Shown one piece after another: positions 1 to 11,699 of a stretch of DNA of 64,000 nt (positions are counted from its first letter, which is position 1; each line of letters begins with the position of its first letter). Made by a program: the position numbers and the translations under genes. Origin of the DNA: Mytilus trossulus (Eukaryota); the NCBI RefSeq assembly GCF_036588685.1, contig NC_086382.1, positions 50,261,378 to 50,325,377 on the forward strand. The letters are read 5' to 3'. The notes beneath the pieces are model-generated. The model was not told where the DNA came from, did no database searches, and saw only the letters and a program-made list of their open reading frames with translations.

Positions 1-1790
1 GATCAAGAAATAACATCCCATGGATCAAACACAAACAGAGGAAAATGCTAAAGAAAAAACAGAGACTATACAAACAAGCCAGGAAAACAAACAAATGGTC
101 AAATTATAGGTCTTTCCAAAAGGAATGCAAGAAACAACTGAGGAAAGCAGAATACGAATATGTCAACCAAAACATCTTTGAGGGACTAAACAACAATTAC
201 ACAAAGCTGTTTTGGAAATACACTAAATCCAAACGCCAGGACTCAGGAGGAATAGCACCATTAAAAAAGGGAACTACTGTCAGTGACAGTAAAGGGAAAG
301 CCGAACTCCTACTAGATCAATTCAAGTCCGTATTCACAATAACATCAGACACTAACCTACCAACAACAAGAATACGAGCTAAAATCAATATAACACCATT
401 AACGATCGACCAAAAGGGACTGGAAAAACTACTTAAAAACACAAACCCAAATAAAGCCTCCGGACCAGACAACATCCCAAACCGCATACTTAAGGAATGT
501 GCTGAACAACTAGCACCCATACTACAAATCATTATGCCATGATCGCTAGACACAGGTGAACTACCAAAAGACTGGAGAGACGCCAACATATCCATTATCT
601 TCAAAAAAGGAGACAAACACCTGGCAGAAAACTACAGACCTGTATCCCTAACATCTGTCATCAGCAAAATTCTAGAACATATCGTATGCAGGCATATTCT
701 AAAACATCTGGAAAGAAACAAAATCCTAACCAACTTAAACCACGGCTTCAGGTCAGGATACTCATATGAAACCCAGCTCATAACTACCATCAACGACTTC
801 TTACAAGAACACGACAAGGGACATCAAATCGACGTAGGCATATTAGATTTTTCAAAAGCTTTCGACACAGTACCATACAACAAATTATTACATAAATTAG
901 ATCAGTATGGAATTAAAGGAAATACACACAAATGGCTTAAGAACTTCTTAACTGCAAGATCAATGAGAACCATCGTGGAAGGCGAATCATCTGGCGAAAC
1001 AACAGTCGACTCTGGGGTCCCCCAGGGCACAGTCTTAGGACCAATCCTATTCCTGTGCCACATCAATGACCTACCAGACAGTGTAACATCATCAGTAAGA
1101 CTATTTGCTGACGACTGCCTACTATACAGAACAATTAAAAATAGCCAAGTCCAACAAAAGCTACAAACAGATTTGGAACAACTATAAATCTGGGCCAACG
1201 CCACCTTGGGCTTTCTTTGGAGGAACTTGAGGAACGTACCAGAAGCATGTAGGAAAGTAGCATACATATCCCTTGTAAGATCAACAATGGAATATGGCGC
1301 AACGATCTGGAACCCATATATGAAAGGGGATATTGACAAACTAGAACGTATCCAAAACAGAGGATTACGATTCATCAAGAAAAACTACAGGAGTCGAGAG
1401 ACAGGGTCCATAACTAATATGAGACGCCAGCTTGAAATGGAGACGCTAGAGGAAAGAAGACACAGCCTCCGTCTTATCCTGATTTACAAGGTGGTTGAGG
1501 GTCTGGTGCCGGCTCTACCAGCCGACAATTTTGTCATACCAGCAAGACCGAAACGAACAATAAAAGCCAAAACTTATTCAAACTGTGAAACTGACAATAT
1601 CATCGAACGTCAAGTTATCAATAACACCAGAGGACTTAAGGTACCAAATAGCAACAAACCACAGTACAAACATTCATTTTTTGTGGAAACAACTATTCAC
1701 TGGAACCAACTACCAGATAAAGTTGTACATGCAGGTTATGTAGAGGCATTTAAGACCGCTTTTCAAGAACATCGCCCATAACAACGGCGC
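1..1790 (+). mobile_element. 5'-truncated non-LTR retrotransposon (LINE, jockey/CR1-like RT), degenerate copy 1
   Basis: ORF 45-542 continues through 1187 as a reverse-transcriptase domain (motifs PDNIPNRILK, FADD), and a C-terminal LINE domain follows at 1206-1781. Stops in all three frames near 540-570 and a roughly 180-bp internal deletion relative to copy 2 at 1187-1195. Confidence 0.8.
45..1781 (+). pseudogene. LINE ORF2 (RT) pseudogene, interrupted by stops and frameshifts
   Basis: Three ORF segments from the six-frame track (45-542, 963-1187, 1206-1781) together form one RT protein only after frame corrections. Confidence 0.75.
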
Positions 1791-2393
1791 TCTTCTCCGC
1801 CGTGTATAAAAGCCTAAACAGGATTCTACACGTACCACTACAGATACAGACAGATCAAACAATGTCAACTCGCCCCTGTTGCCAATCGGCCCATACTATT
1901 TCGCCACCTTACAAAAAAATCGCCCCACTCTTGTTTACCTACTCGCTCTACTTTTGAAAAAGTATAAAACCAAATTGAACAATCAGTCTGACAACTCACT
2001 TATTAACGAAAAAGTTTCAAACTCCAATGAATACAGGTCTGCCAGCTCGCCCCACTTATAAAAAGATTTGCTTCCTTTAAGTATGTTAAATAACTGTTAG
2101 TTCGTATCCCGGAGTCGTATCCAGGCGTCCTGGACTGGTGTAGTGGTATGTGTCGTGGCTTGATGTGCTAAAGGTCTTGAGTTCGAATCCCACCATATAC
2201 ACTGGAGTTTTTCTACATGAAGATAGTCTCCGTATGATTAATTAAGTTTTATAGTGGATTTGACATTCCCGCTAAAATGTTCAAGAACTATTGGTGTTCT
2301 CCTGAATTGATTAGCTTTACCAATGTGTCCTTGGGCAATCTACGAAGTTATGAAAGGTATCAATCTTACAATTTGATACGCCTGAAGTGCCTG
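1791..2393 (+). repeat. LINE 3'UTR / tail with tRNA-like module, copy 1
   Basis: Non-coding tail after the ORF stop. Contains a tRNA-like stretch (tagtggtat ... gagttcgaatccc). Its last 80 bp are shared with an unrelated SINE-like repeat at 8640-8720. Confidence 0.55.
2125..2195 (+). other. tRNA-like (degenerate) module inside LINE tail
   Basis: D-loop-like TAGTGGTAT and T-loop-like GAGTTCGAATCCC, but no clean cloverleaf. Confidence 0.35.
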
Positions 2394-3290
2394 ACAGTGT
2401 AACATCATCAGTAAGACTATTTGCTGACGACTGCCTACTATACAGAACAATTAAAAATAGCCAAGTCCAACAAAAGCTACAAACAGATTTGGAACAACTA
2501 GAAATCTGGGCCGACAAATGGGGAATGCGTTTCAACGCCAAAAAGTGCTATGTCCTATCCATAAACAAAAAAGCAGACAAATTCTACACGCTGAATAAAC
2601 ACATTCTACAAGAAGTACAAGTAAATCCCTGCTTAGGACTCCAAATCTCAAACGATCTGAAATGGAGCTTCCACATAAATAACATCAGCAAGAAAGCCAA
2701 CGCCACCTTGGGCTTTCTTCGGAGGAACTTGAGGAACGTACCAGAAGCATGTAGGAAAGTAGCATACATATCCCTTGTAAGATCAACAATGGAATATGGC
2801 GCAACGATCTGGAACCCATATATGAAAGGGGATATTGACAAACTAGAACGTATCCAAAACAGAGGATTACGTTTCATCAAGAAAAAACTACAGGAGTCGA
2901 GAGACAGGGCCCATAACTAATATGAGACGCCAGCTTGAAATGGAGACGCTAGAGGAAAGAAGATATAGCCTCCGTCTTATCCTGATTTACAAGGTGGTTG
3001 AGGGTCTGGTGCCGGCTCTACCAGCCGACAATTTTGTCATACCAGCAAGACCGAAACGAACAATAAAAGCCAAAACTTATTCAAACTGTGAAACTGACAA
3101 TATCATCGAACGTCAAGTTATCAATAACACCAAAGGACTTAAGGTACCAAATAGCAACAAACCACAGTACAAACATTCATTTTTTGTGGAAACAACTATT
3201 CACTGGAACCAACTACCAGATAAAGTTGTACATGCAGGTTATGTAGAGGCATTTAAGACCGCTTTTCAAGAATATCGCCCATAACAACGG
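2394..3290 (+). pseudogene. LINE ORF2 3' portion, copy 2 (tandem duplicate of 1078-1787 but retaining the 180 bp missing from copy 1)
   Basis: ORFs 2387-2920 and 2922-3284 are near-identical to 1078-1781. A frameshift lies near 2886. Confidence 0.75.
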
Positions 3291-3960
3291 CGCTCTTCTC
3301 CACCGTGTATAAAAGCCTAAACATGATTCTACACGTACCACTACAGATTCAGACAGATCAAACAATGTCAACTCGCCCCTGTTGCCAATCGGCCCATACT
3401 ATTTCGCCACCTTACAAAAAAATCGCCCCACTCTTGTTTACCTACTCGCTCTACTTTTGAAAAAGTATAAAACCAAATTGAACAATCAGTCTGACAACTC
3501 ACTTATTAACGAAAAAGTTTCAAACTCCAATGAATACAGGTCTGCCAGCTCGCCCCACTTATAAAAAGATTTGCTTCCTTTAAGTATGTTAAATAACTGT
3601 TAGTTCGTATCCCTGAGTCGTATCCAGGCGTCCTGGACTGGTGTAGTGGTATGTGTCGTGGCTTGATGTGTTGAAGGTCTTGAGTTCGAATCCCACCATA
3701 TACACTGGAGTTTTTCTACATGAAGATAGTCTCCGTATGATTAATTAAGTTTTATAGTGGATTTGACATTCCCGCTAAAATGTTCAAGAACTATTGGTGT
3801 TCTCCTGAATTGATTAGCTTTACCAATGTGTCCTTGGGCAATCTACGAAGTTATGAAAGGTATCAATCTTACAATTTGATACGCCTGAAGTGCGTTTCGT
3901 CTACATACGACTCACCAGTGAGGCTCACATTTAAAAAGTGAAAAGTCAAACAAGTACAAA
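3291..3960 (+). repeat. LINE 3'UTR / tail with tRNA-like module, copy 2
   Basis: Near-identical to 1791-2393. The tRNA-like part lies at about 3627-3697. Confidence 0.55.
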
Positions 3961-3964
3961 GTTA

Positions 3965-4340
3965 AAGAGCATTGAGGCTTTAAAAATTCTGCCAAATATG
4001 GCTAAGGTAATCTAAGCCTGGAATTGGAATATCCTTAGTATTTCGAATAATTCACACTTTTGCAAACAGTCAATTTATACAATTGATATGCATGTCAACA
4101 TCGAAGTGCTGACTACTGAGCTGGTGATACCATCAACTCAGTTAGGTCGTCTCTCTCCAATTTTAAATAGTTGAAAAGCGCTTGTCTCTTCTCGAGTTTC
4201 TTTTCAATAGCTTCCGATCGAAAACCCTATCAAGATCAAATTCCGTAATGGTGTTCTCCTGAATTAATTGACCATACAATTGATATGCATGTCAACACCG
4301 AAGTGCTGACTACTGAACTGGTGATACCATCAAGGACAAA
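3965..4340 (+). repeat. interspersed repeat (family with core aattgatatgcatgtcaacaccgaagtgctgactactgaactggtgataccatcaa), two adjacent partial copies
   Basis: The same core recurs at 4270-4340 and 8560-8640. A related block (gttgtgccaaatatggctaaggtaatcta) lies at 3990-4040 and 9245-9300. Confidence 0.45.
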
Positions 4341-5565
4341 ACGTCTACCAGCAGTGGCATCGACATTGTACCCCATCTAGCCTTCTTTCCTTTCCTTACT
4401 GTTTCGTTCACCAGCATCTTTCTTCCTAGTCAGAGATTACTCAGATGTTCAACGGCTGTTTTGCTAGAAAATCTGGGGCCATGGGTCCTGTTGGACGTCA
4501 GAATAATCTCGGACTACTTTCTTCCGATCTCTATATTCCCATCGACCCAGTATTTGAATTGGGTTTTTCTATGTCTACAACATATGCATCTGTTCCATAC
4601 TAGTTTGCTCATACAAAATCGCTTCTTTCTCTCAAGTGGATTTCTGCAATTGTTTGGTATTCGATCCTTGTCTTTGAAATAAACAAGGGAAATTCACTCT
4701 ATTAAGATCTCAAATGCTCTAGTCTCGACAGATAAGCAGATCCTGATCCACATGTGGCATGCGTCGTGTTGTTCATGTAAGTACAAAAACGGGAAAAGAC
4801 AGTTGATACATAACCTCCGTACAGCAATATTTACGCAAATCGAATGTTCTAAAAACAGAACCATTGACCGGTGATCACAGTGTGTCTTTATGGCCTTCTC
4901 ATGTAGCTCTTCTCTGTTGCGTTGTTTGCCTCGTCCTCTGTTGGTCATTCAGAAAGAATGATATCATATGATCCATTGTTTTATTTGTACTGGTTGTAGA
5001 CAGGACCTTCTTTAAAAGAATTAAAAGAAGCTAACATTATCCATTACCTTCACTTTCCATTATTTAGATAATTTTCTCACATTGGAATAGACACTTTCCG
5101 TTTTGAATTTCCTCGGAGTTCGGTATTTTTATAATTTTACTGTTCTCTCCTAATATGTGGTGACTTAGTTGAACGCATCGATCCCATCGAACTTGAAATA
5201 AAGGATTACTCACCTAATGTTAAGTCTGCCTAATATCTTATTTTTCTACTACATCTACTTATTGACAATGAGAATTGACAATGAGGGTTTGTTATGAATA
5301 AAATTTTATGACATATGAGATGGTTTCAGTTCACAGTTGTGAATACTCATTTTTTTTTAAATCACATTTCATCAAGATGAAGTATATGTTTTATGAGTTT
5401 GAAATATCAGCTAAATTAAAGCCTTGGCAGCATTCACCTCTTTAATAAGGTGGGTTTCATTAGAGTCCAAGCGTGACGCGGGATTGTCGATTTTTAGTAA
5501 GGGCGACACGTGGAAGTCTCGGAAGCGTATTAGGGACATAGAAAAAAATAAAATTGGTAGTGACT

Positions 5566-6075
5566 TTTTTTTTTCAAAGTCAAAATTTTGGCTTTTCAAT
5601 CTCAAAATTTCGACTTTAACTCGAAATTTTAACTTTTCTTATCTTGAAATTTTAACTTTCTAAAATCTTGAAATTTCAACTTTTTTAAAACTCGAAATTT
5701 CGACTTTTTCTAAACTCGAAATTTCGACTTTTTCTTAACTCGAAATTTCAACTTCTTTTAAACTCAAAATTTTGACTTCTTTAAAACTCAAAATTTCGAC
5801 TTTTTAAACTCGAAATTTCGTCTTTTATTAAACTCGAAATTTCGACTTTTTTTAAACTCGAAATTTCGACTTTTATTAAACTCGAAATTTCAACTTCTTT
5901 TAAACTCAAAATTTTGACTTCTTTAAAACTCAAAATTTCGACTTTTTAAACTCGAAATTTTGTCTTTTATTAAACTCGAAATTTCGACTTTTTTTAAACT
6001 CGAAATTTCGACTTTTATTAAACTCGAAATTTCAACTTTTTCTAAACTCAAAATTTCTACTTTTTCCACACATTT
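5566..6075. repeat. tandem minisatellite (about 24-bp monomer, about 146-bp higher-order unit), left arm
   Basis: aaactcgaaatttcgactttt-type units, about 21 copies. Confidence 0.85.
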
Positions 6076-6181
6076 TGTCAATTTATATTCGTAATTGGTT
6101 TTGTTCTTAAATTAAGATATTGATCAGCATTTAATATTGAAGAAATCATTCGTAAAAAGAACATGCATGTTGACAGAAACA

Positions 6182-6204
6182 CCCCCCCCCCCCCCCCCCC
6201 CCCC
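6182..6204. repeat. poly(C) homopolymer of about 23 nt
   Basis: Read directly from the sequence. Confidence 0.9.
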
Positions 6205-6711
6205 ATATTTCATTTTTAAGTTTCCACGACACTGTCATAGGATCGTCAGATCTGAGGACATTTAGCATCACAGTTTCAAAGGCTTGTTTGGTATCCCAAT
6301 AGCAAGTCACTGACTTTGCCTTGTTTAAACAAAATGCCATTCATATTCAGGACGACCAATGAGTTGCTCAGTTTTCTAGTTTTGGAAGTTTGCATTCTTA
6401 TAACACAACTATTAACCCTTGTCTTTATATATTAGACTGTTGAATAAAAGTATGTCGTAATCTAGGTGTGTCGGAATAGCGGGGTGTCTTGATACATATA
6501 TCTGAAGTTCAGACTTAAAGTATGTATTCGAACGTGAAACATATTTTATTTATTCTTCGCCAAGAACAAGATTTTCTATCTAAAACAACCTCTCTAACAT
6601 GGTTTAATTTATTAAAATATGCTTATGAAGTTTGTGATGTATATGGCTCTCCGCCTTACTGATATAAATGACTGTGAATGTGGTAATCGCAAACGTATAA
6701 ATATGGGGAAA

Positions 6712-7018
6712 AGTCGAAATTTTAAGTTTAAAGAAAGTTGAAATTTCGAGTTTAAATGAAGTCAAAATTTCGAGTTTCGAAAAAGTCGAAATTTCGAGTT
6801 TAAAAGAAGTTGAAATTTCGAGTTAAGAAAAAGTCGAAATATCGAGTTTAGAGAAGCCGAAATTTCAAGTTTAAAAAAAGTCAAAATTTCGAGTTTTAAA
6901 AAAGTTGAAATTTCAAGATTTTAGAAAGTCAAAATTTCAAGATAAGAAAAGTTAAAATTTCGAGTTAAAGTTAAAATTTTGAGATTTGAAATGCCAAAAT
7001 TTTGACTTTGAAAAAAAA
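6712..7018. repeat. same minisatellite, inverted orientation, right arm
   Basis: aagtcgaaatttcgagttt-type units are the reverse complement of the 5566-6075 units. Confidence 0.85.
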
Positions 7019-7284
7019 GGTCACTACCAATTTTATTTTTTTCTATGTCCCTTATACGCTTCCGTAGAAGTCAAATTATTTTGCCGTGAAAACGTAAATG
7101 AAGTGTAGCGGGACACGGGAAATTACAAAAAAAAGAATTAGTAACGTACATAGTGTACTATAGGCGAAATATAGGAATCTGACAAAACAGTAAGCGTGAT
7201 CCGGGATCAGACCCTTTCCCCATGAAACCCCCTTAAACACTTCACTTTTTAGCTCACCTGGCCCACAGGGCCAAGTGAGCTTTT

Positions 7285-7336
7285 TCCATCACTTGGCGTC
7301 CGTCGTCCGTCGTCCGTCGTCTGTCGTCCGTCGTCC
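7285..7336. repeat. (CGTCCGT)n microsatellite
   Basis: cgtccgtcgtccgtcgtccgtcgtctgtcgtccgtcgtccgg. Confidence 0.85.
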
Positions 7337-7340
7337 GGTG

Positions 7341-8440
7341 TCGTTAACTTTTACAAAAATCTTCTCCTCTGAAACTACTAGGCCAAATTTTACCAAACTT
7401 GGCCACAATCGTCATTAGGGTATCTAGTTTAAAAAATATGTCCGGTGACCCGGCCAACCATCCAAGATGGCCGCCATGGCTAAAAATAGAACATAAGGGT
7501 AAAATGCAGTTTTTGGCTTATAACTCAAATACAAAAGCATTTAGAGCAAATCTGACATGGGGTAAAATTGTTTATCAGGTCAAGATCTATCTGCCCTGAA
7601 ATTTTCAGATAAATCAGATAACCTGTTAGTGGGTTGCTGCCCGTGAATTAGTAATTTTAAGGAAATTTTGCTGTTTTTGGATATTATCTTGAATATTATT
7701 ATAGATAGAGATAAACTGTAAACAGCAATAATGTTCAGCAAAGTAAGATTTACAAATAAGACAACATGACCGAAATGGTCAGTTGCCCCTTTAGAAGTTA
7801 TTGCCCTTTATAGTCAATTTTTAACCATTTTTCGTAAATCTTAGTAATCTTTTACTAAAATCTTCTTCTCTGAAACTACTGGGACAAATTAATCCAAACT
7901 TGGCAACAATCATCATTGGGGTATCTAGTTTAAAAAGTGTGTGGCGTGACCCGGCCAACTAACAAAGATGGCCGCCATGGCTAAAAATAGAACATAAGGG
8001 TAAAATGCAGTTTTTGGCTTATAACTCAAAAACCAAAGCTTTCAAAGCAAATCTGACATGAAGTAAAAATGTTTACAGGTCAAGATCTATCTGCCCTGAA
8101 ATTTTCAGATGAATCAGTCAACCTGTTGTTGGGTTGCTGCCCCTGAATTGGTAATTTTAATGAAATTTTGCTGTTTTTTTTTATGATCTTGAATACTATT
8201 ATAGATAGAGATAAACTGTAAAAAGCAATAAATGTCGACAAAGTAAGATCTACAAATAAGTCAACATGACCGAAATGGTCAGGAGTTATTGCCCTTTATA
8301 GTCAATTTTTAACCATTTTTCGTAAATCTTAGTAATCTTTTACAAAAATCTTCTCCTCTGAAACTACTGGGCCAAGTTCATTATAGATAAAGATAATTGT
8401 AAGCAGCAAGAATGTTCAGTAAAGTAAGATGTCCAAACAC
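7341..8440. repeat. satellite of about 500-bp units, about 2.2 tandem copies
   Basis: Units begin near 7341, 7855 and 8340 and are about 85-90 percent identical (ccaagatggccgccatggctaaaaatagaacataagggtaaaatgcag...). Confidence 0.8.
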
Positions 8441-10029
8441 ATCACCATCACCAAAATACAATTTTGTCATGAATCCATCTGTGTCCTTTGTTTAATATTC
8501 ACATAGACCAAGGTTTTTCGAAAAACTCAAAGTTTTGTAAACAGGAAATTTATAAAAATGACCAAATTATTGATATTCATGTCAACACCGAAGCCACGAA
8601 ACATCCACCAGTATCGACCCAGTGGTGTAAATAGTTGTCAAAGGTACCAGGATTATAATTTAGTACGTCAGACTCGTGTTTTGTCTACATAGGACTCATC
8701 AGTGACGCGCATATGAAAATAGTTATATGTTGAAGAGCATTGAGGATCCAAAATTCCAAAAAGTTGTGCCAACCCTGTTACTTATCGATAAAATACATTA
8801 GACAAAGAGAAAATAAACACATTAATTAATTTCATACTATAAGTACATACCTTGCAGGAGATAGCAGTCATGTTGTATGTTTTTTTTATATCTCTTTAAT
8901 TTATATTGATTACGGTAATCCATGGTTTAAAGATGCACTCGATTATGTTAAAATGTTATGTGAATCTGGTTTAAAGGTGCACTCGTTTATGTTTTTATAA
9001 TGTTATATTATTTACCACTAGTAGTACATTCTATAAAGATATTCCTTTTTCACTCATTGTCATATAAAAGAATATGAGTATTATAACATGTATGCTATTT
9101 TTTTCGGATAATACAGTGCACTTTTTTCAGCCTCCTGCTTCCCGGACAGTTGGTTTAAATGTAAACGGGAATCCACAGTTTGCATCCTGGGCAACTGAGG
9201 AAATTGTAAACAGAAAATATTTGGAATAAACAAGTATCAATTTAAAAAAAAAAAAAAGTTGTGCCAAATACGGCTAAAGTAATCTATGCCTGGTATAAGA
9301 AAATCCTTAGTTTTTCGAAAAATTCAAAGTTTTGTAAACAGGAAATTTTCGAAAATTCAACTTTAAAATGTGTTTTTATATAAAACCATCATTCACGCAA
9401 TTAACCTTCAAATTTCATGCAAGGACCGAAGCCCCTAAATTCGGCAATTAATGTGTTAAACGCAAGACTTCAGGAATGTCCGTAGAACGGACAACCTTGG
9501 TTCGGAAGTTGAATTTTGACCTGTGAACTTTACTAATACTTTTAAAATTCCCGCCATTTAAACTTCAAATCATTTCTATATTTAGAACGACAGGAAGTTG
9601 TGAAAGAAGAAACTGAGTCAAACTGAAAACTGAAACATCAACATGTAATTCTTGCCAACATTCGCAGTGTTTACCTGTTAACTATCTCATATGTTCTTAT
9701 AGCCACTTTTCCAATAATAGTTAAAAACTCTTCAGGTAAAAATTGTTGTTGGTGCCGAGTTGATTTATTTGTGCGTCGCGTAAAAAATATTATGCTACAA
9801 AAGGGGATTTCCATGTTTCACGACTCTGATCCAAATCAGCAAAAAGTGACTGACTTGTATACTATAGTCATGAGTCAATTAGATAAACATGAATTTAGAC
9901 ATGATATCAGAAGACACTAGATTATAAATACATTGTACATTACAAATGCATTAGGATCGTGATATGGTGTAGTATACTATATATTTTTATGAACAAATAA
10001 GAAAAATCATCTCCTGCTGTGAGTGATCT

Positions 10030-10520
10030 AAGTGTAGTGGGGTTGCTTCCCATTAGTACAGGTAGAACATATATAGCTAGTCTTAATCAACTGAGCTAGG
10101 GAATCGATTCTTTGGCTCAGTGGGTGAACGCACTGCGTGACTGTCACCCAGATGACAAGGGTTCGAATCTGGGTGATGACGATATGAATTTGTAGAGTAG
10201 ATCTATACGTGCTATCCGGTGACATTTGGCGCCCGACTAAAAAATCCACGATGGTTATCTGGAGTATAGCCAGGGTTTGTGCTGTTAAGAGTCATATATG
10301 AAGATATGATGACTCTTGTTGTGGGGGAATAGTGTAGGGGGATTGCTTCCCCTCAGTACAGGTAGAACATATATATTGCCAGTCTTAATCAACTGAGCTA
10401 GGGAATCGATGCTTTGGCTCAGTGGGTTAACACACTGACTTCACCTAGACGACCAGAGTTCGAATCCCGGTGATAACGATATGAATTTGTAGAGTAGATA
10501 CGTGCTCTCCGGTTACATAA
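10030..10520 (+). repeat. tandem pair of tRNA-derived SINE-like units (about 290 bp each)
   Basis: Both units contain ggctcagtgggt.aac and a gttcgaatc T-loop-like box. They lie about 400 bp upstream of PARP4-like exon 1. Confidence 0.45.
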
Positions 10521-10915
10521 GCATCACTTTATTTTAATTCAACAGATTTTCACTTTTCACCTAAAATAATGAAATATACAGTGACAATTAAAGCAAGGAT
10601 TAACGCATGCAAAAGGGGCGTAAATTAGACCTTATTCAGTTATTCTGGATAATTTGAGACCTTTAATGATTACGAGGGGCGTTAAATTAAAATGTCTTGC
10701 AAGTTGAACTTTTAACCGATTTCATAAAACACAGTGAAAAACAAACTTTTTTTACGGATGCACTTTAAATATTGGATTTTCATCGAACTATGCAGCTATC
10801 TCAGATATATATTAAGCTTACTGAACCCCAGGTCATTTTGTTTTTTGTTGTATTGCTGAAAGTTTATCAATAGAAAATAAGAAAGTAATGATATATTTCT
10901 GTTTTCAGATAAAAA

Positions 10916-11044
10916 ATGTCAATATTTAGTGATTGTCAGATAGTCCTGGACTTGACTACCAGTGTCAACTTAAAAAAAAAGACAGAAATCAGGAAAAAGA
11001 TCACTGAAAATGGAGGAATTATTTCTTACCTTGTCACCAAGAAG
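10916..11044 (+). CDS. PARP4: PARP4-like exon 1 (start codon; BRCT N-terminus MSIFSDCQIVLDLTTSVNLKKKTEIRKKITENGGIISYLVTKK)
   Basis: ATG at 10916 and a GTATGT donor at 11045. Aligns to the human PARP4 N-terminus (KKKLQTDIKENGGKFSFSL). Confidence 0.6.
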
Positions 11045-11107
11045 GTATGTACAAGGCAATAATAAATTTTGAATGAAAATTTGCTTGTTGAACAATTCAT
11101 ATGAACT

Positions 11108-11535
11108 ACTATTCAAAATTTTATTCAAAGTAATAGACCACTTTCGAGTTCATCCGTCACCGGAAAAAACTCGTCAATTATACGCGCCTTTATCATCGTC
11201 ATTTGTGCGTTTAGGGGCGTCGTCACTTCCTTCCAATGTTGAGCGAGTGGTTGGAAAACTATAATTCTATATTGTACGAATTATTCGGCAAATTGAATTC
11301 TCAAAATTGACAATCAACACTGCTGTCATTAGGGAAATGTCAGTAAGTACCTACAGAGCAACCATTATTTCTAGTTTATCCTGCACAAAGACGATCACTA
11401 AGACGCTTGATGAACGTAAATAGTGCAGGGATACAGGCGAGCCCCTCTATCTGGTAAATGACGTCATAAAGGCGTGCATAATTGACGAGTTTTTGCCGGT
11501 GACGGATGAACTCGAAAGTGGTCTATTCAAAGTAA
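11108..11535. mobile_element. MITE-like element with about 70-bp terminal inverted repeats (intron 1)
   Basis: Positions 11120-11190 are the reverse complement of 11455-11535 (aagtaatagaccactttcgagttcatccgtcaccgg...). Confidence 0.55.
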
Positions 11536-11699
11536 AAATTAGCTTCAGGTCACCCACACAATTGGTGTCCCTTTGATCATAGTTTTTGAAGAGATTTTAT
11601 TGTAAAGCAAATATCCATCAGAATTTCAGTCTTATTTAACTTTATAAAAATAATGAGATGTGGTATGATTGCCAATGAGACAACTATCCACCAAAGTTC

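Larger units (their letters stand above)
5500..7085. mobile_element. Foldback-like element: long inverted arms made of tandem 24-bp subrepeats around a unique centre
   Basis: Left arm 5521-6075 and right arm 6712-7065 are reverse complements of each other. This covers the 45-bp terminal block ggaagcgtat.agggacatagaaaaaaataaaattggtagtgac and the aaactcgaaatttcgac tandem array. Confidence 0.6.

Noticed and set aside
317-1378. Minus-strand ORFs 317-616, 632-817, 902-1378 and 1135-1317, which overlap the LINE RT region.
   Set aside because: They are antisense to a clearly recognisable RT reading frame and have low-complexity, non-homologous translations. They are spurious.
2125-2195. A possible tRNA gene; the same applies at 3627-3697 and 10090-10170.
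   Set aside because: D- and T-loop-like boxes are present, but the stems do not pair into a cloverleaf. These are more likely tRNA-derived SINE or LINE-tail modules.
5566-7018. Regularly spaced short repeats that look superficially like a CRISPR array.
   Set aside because: The genome is eukaryotic. The repeats are contiguous with no unique spacers, and the array has an inverted partner arm. This is a foldback element with a minisatellite.
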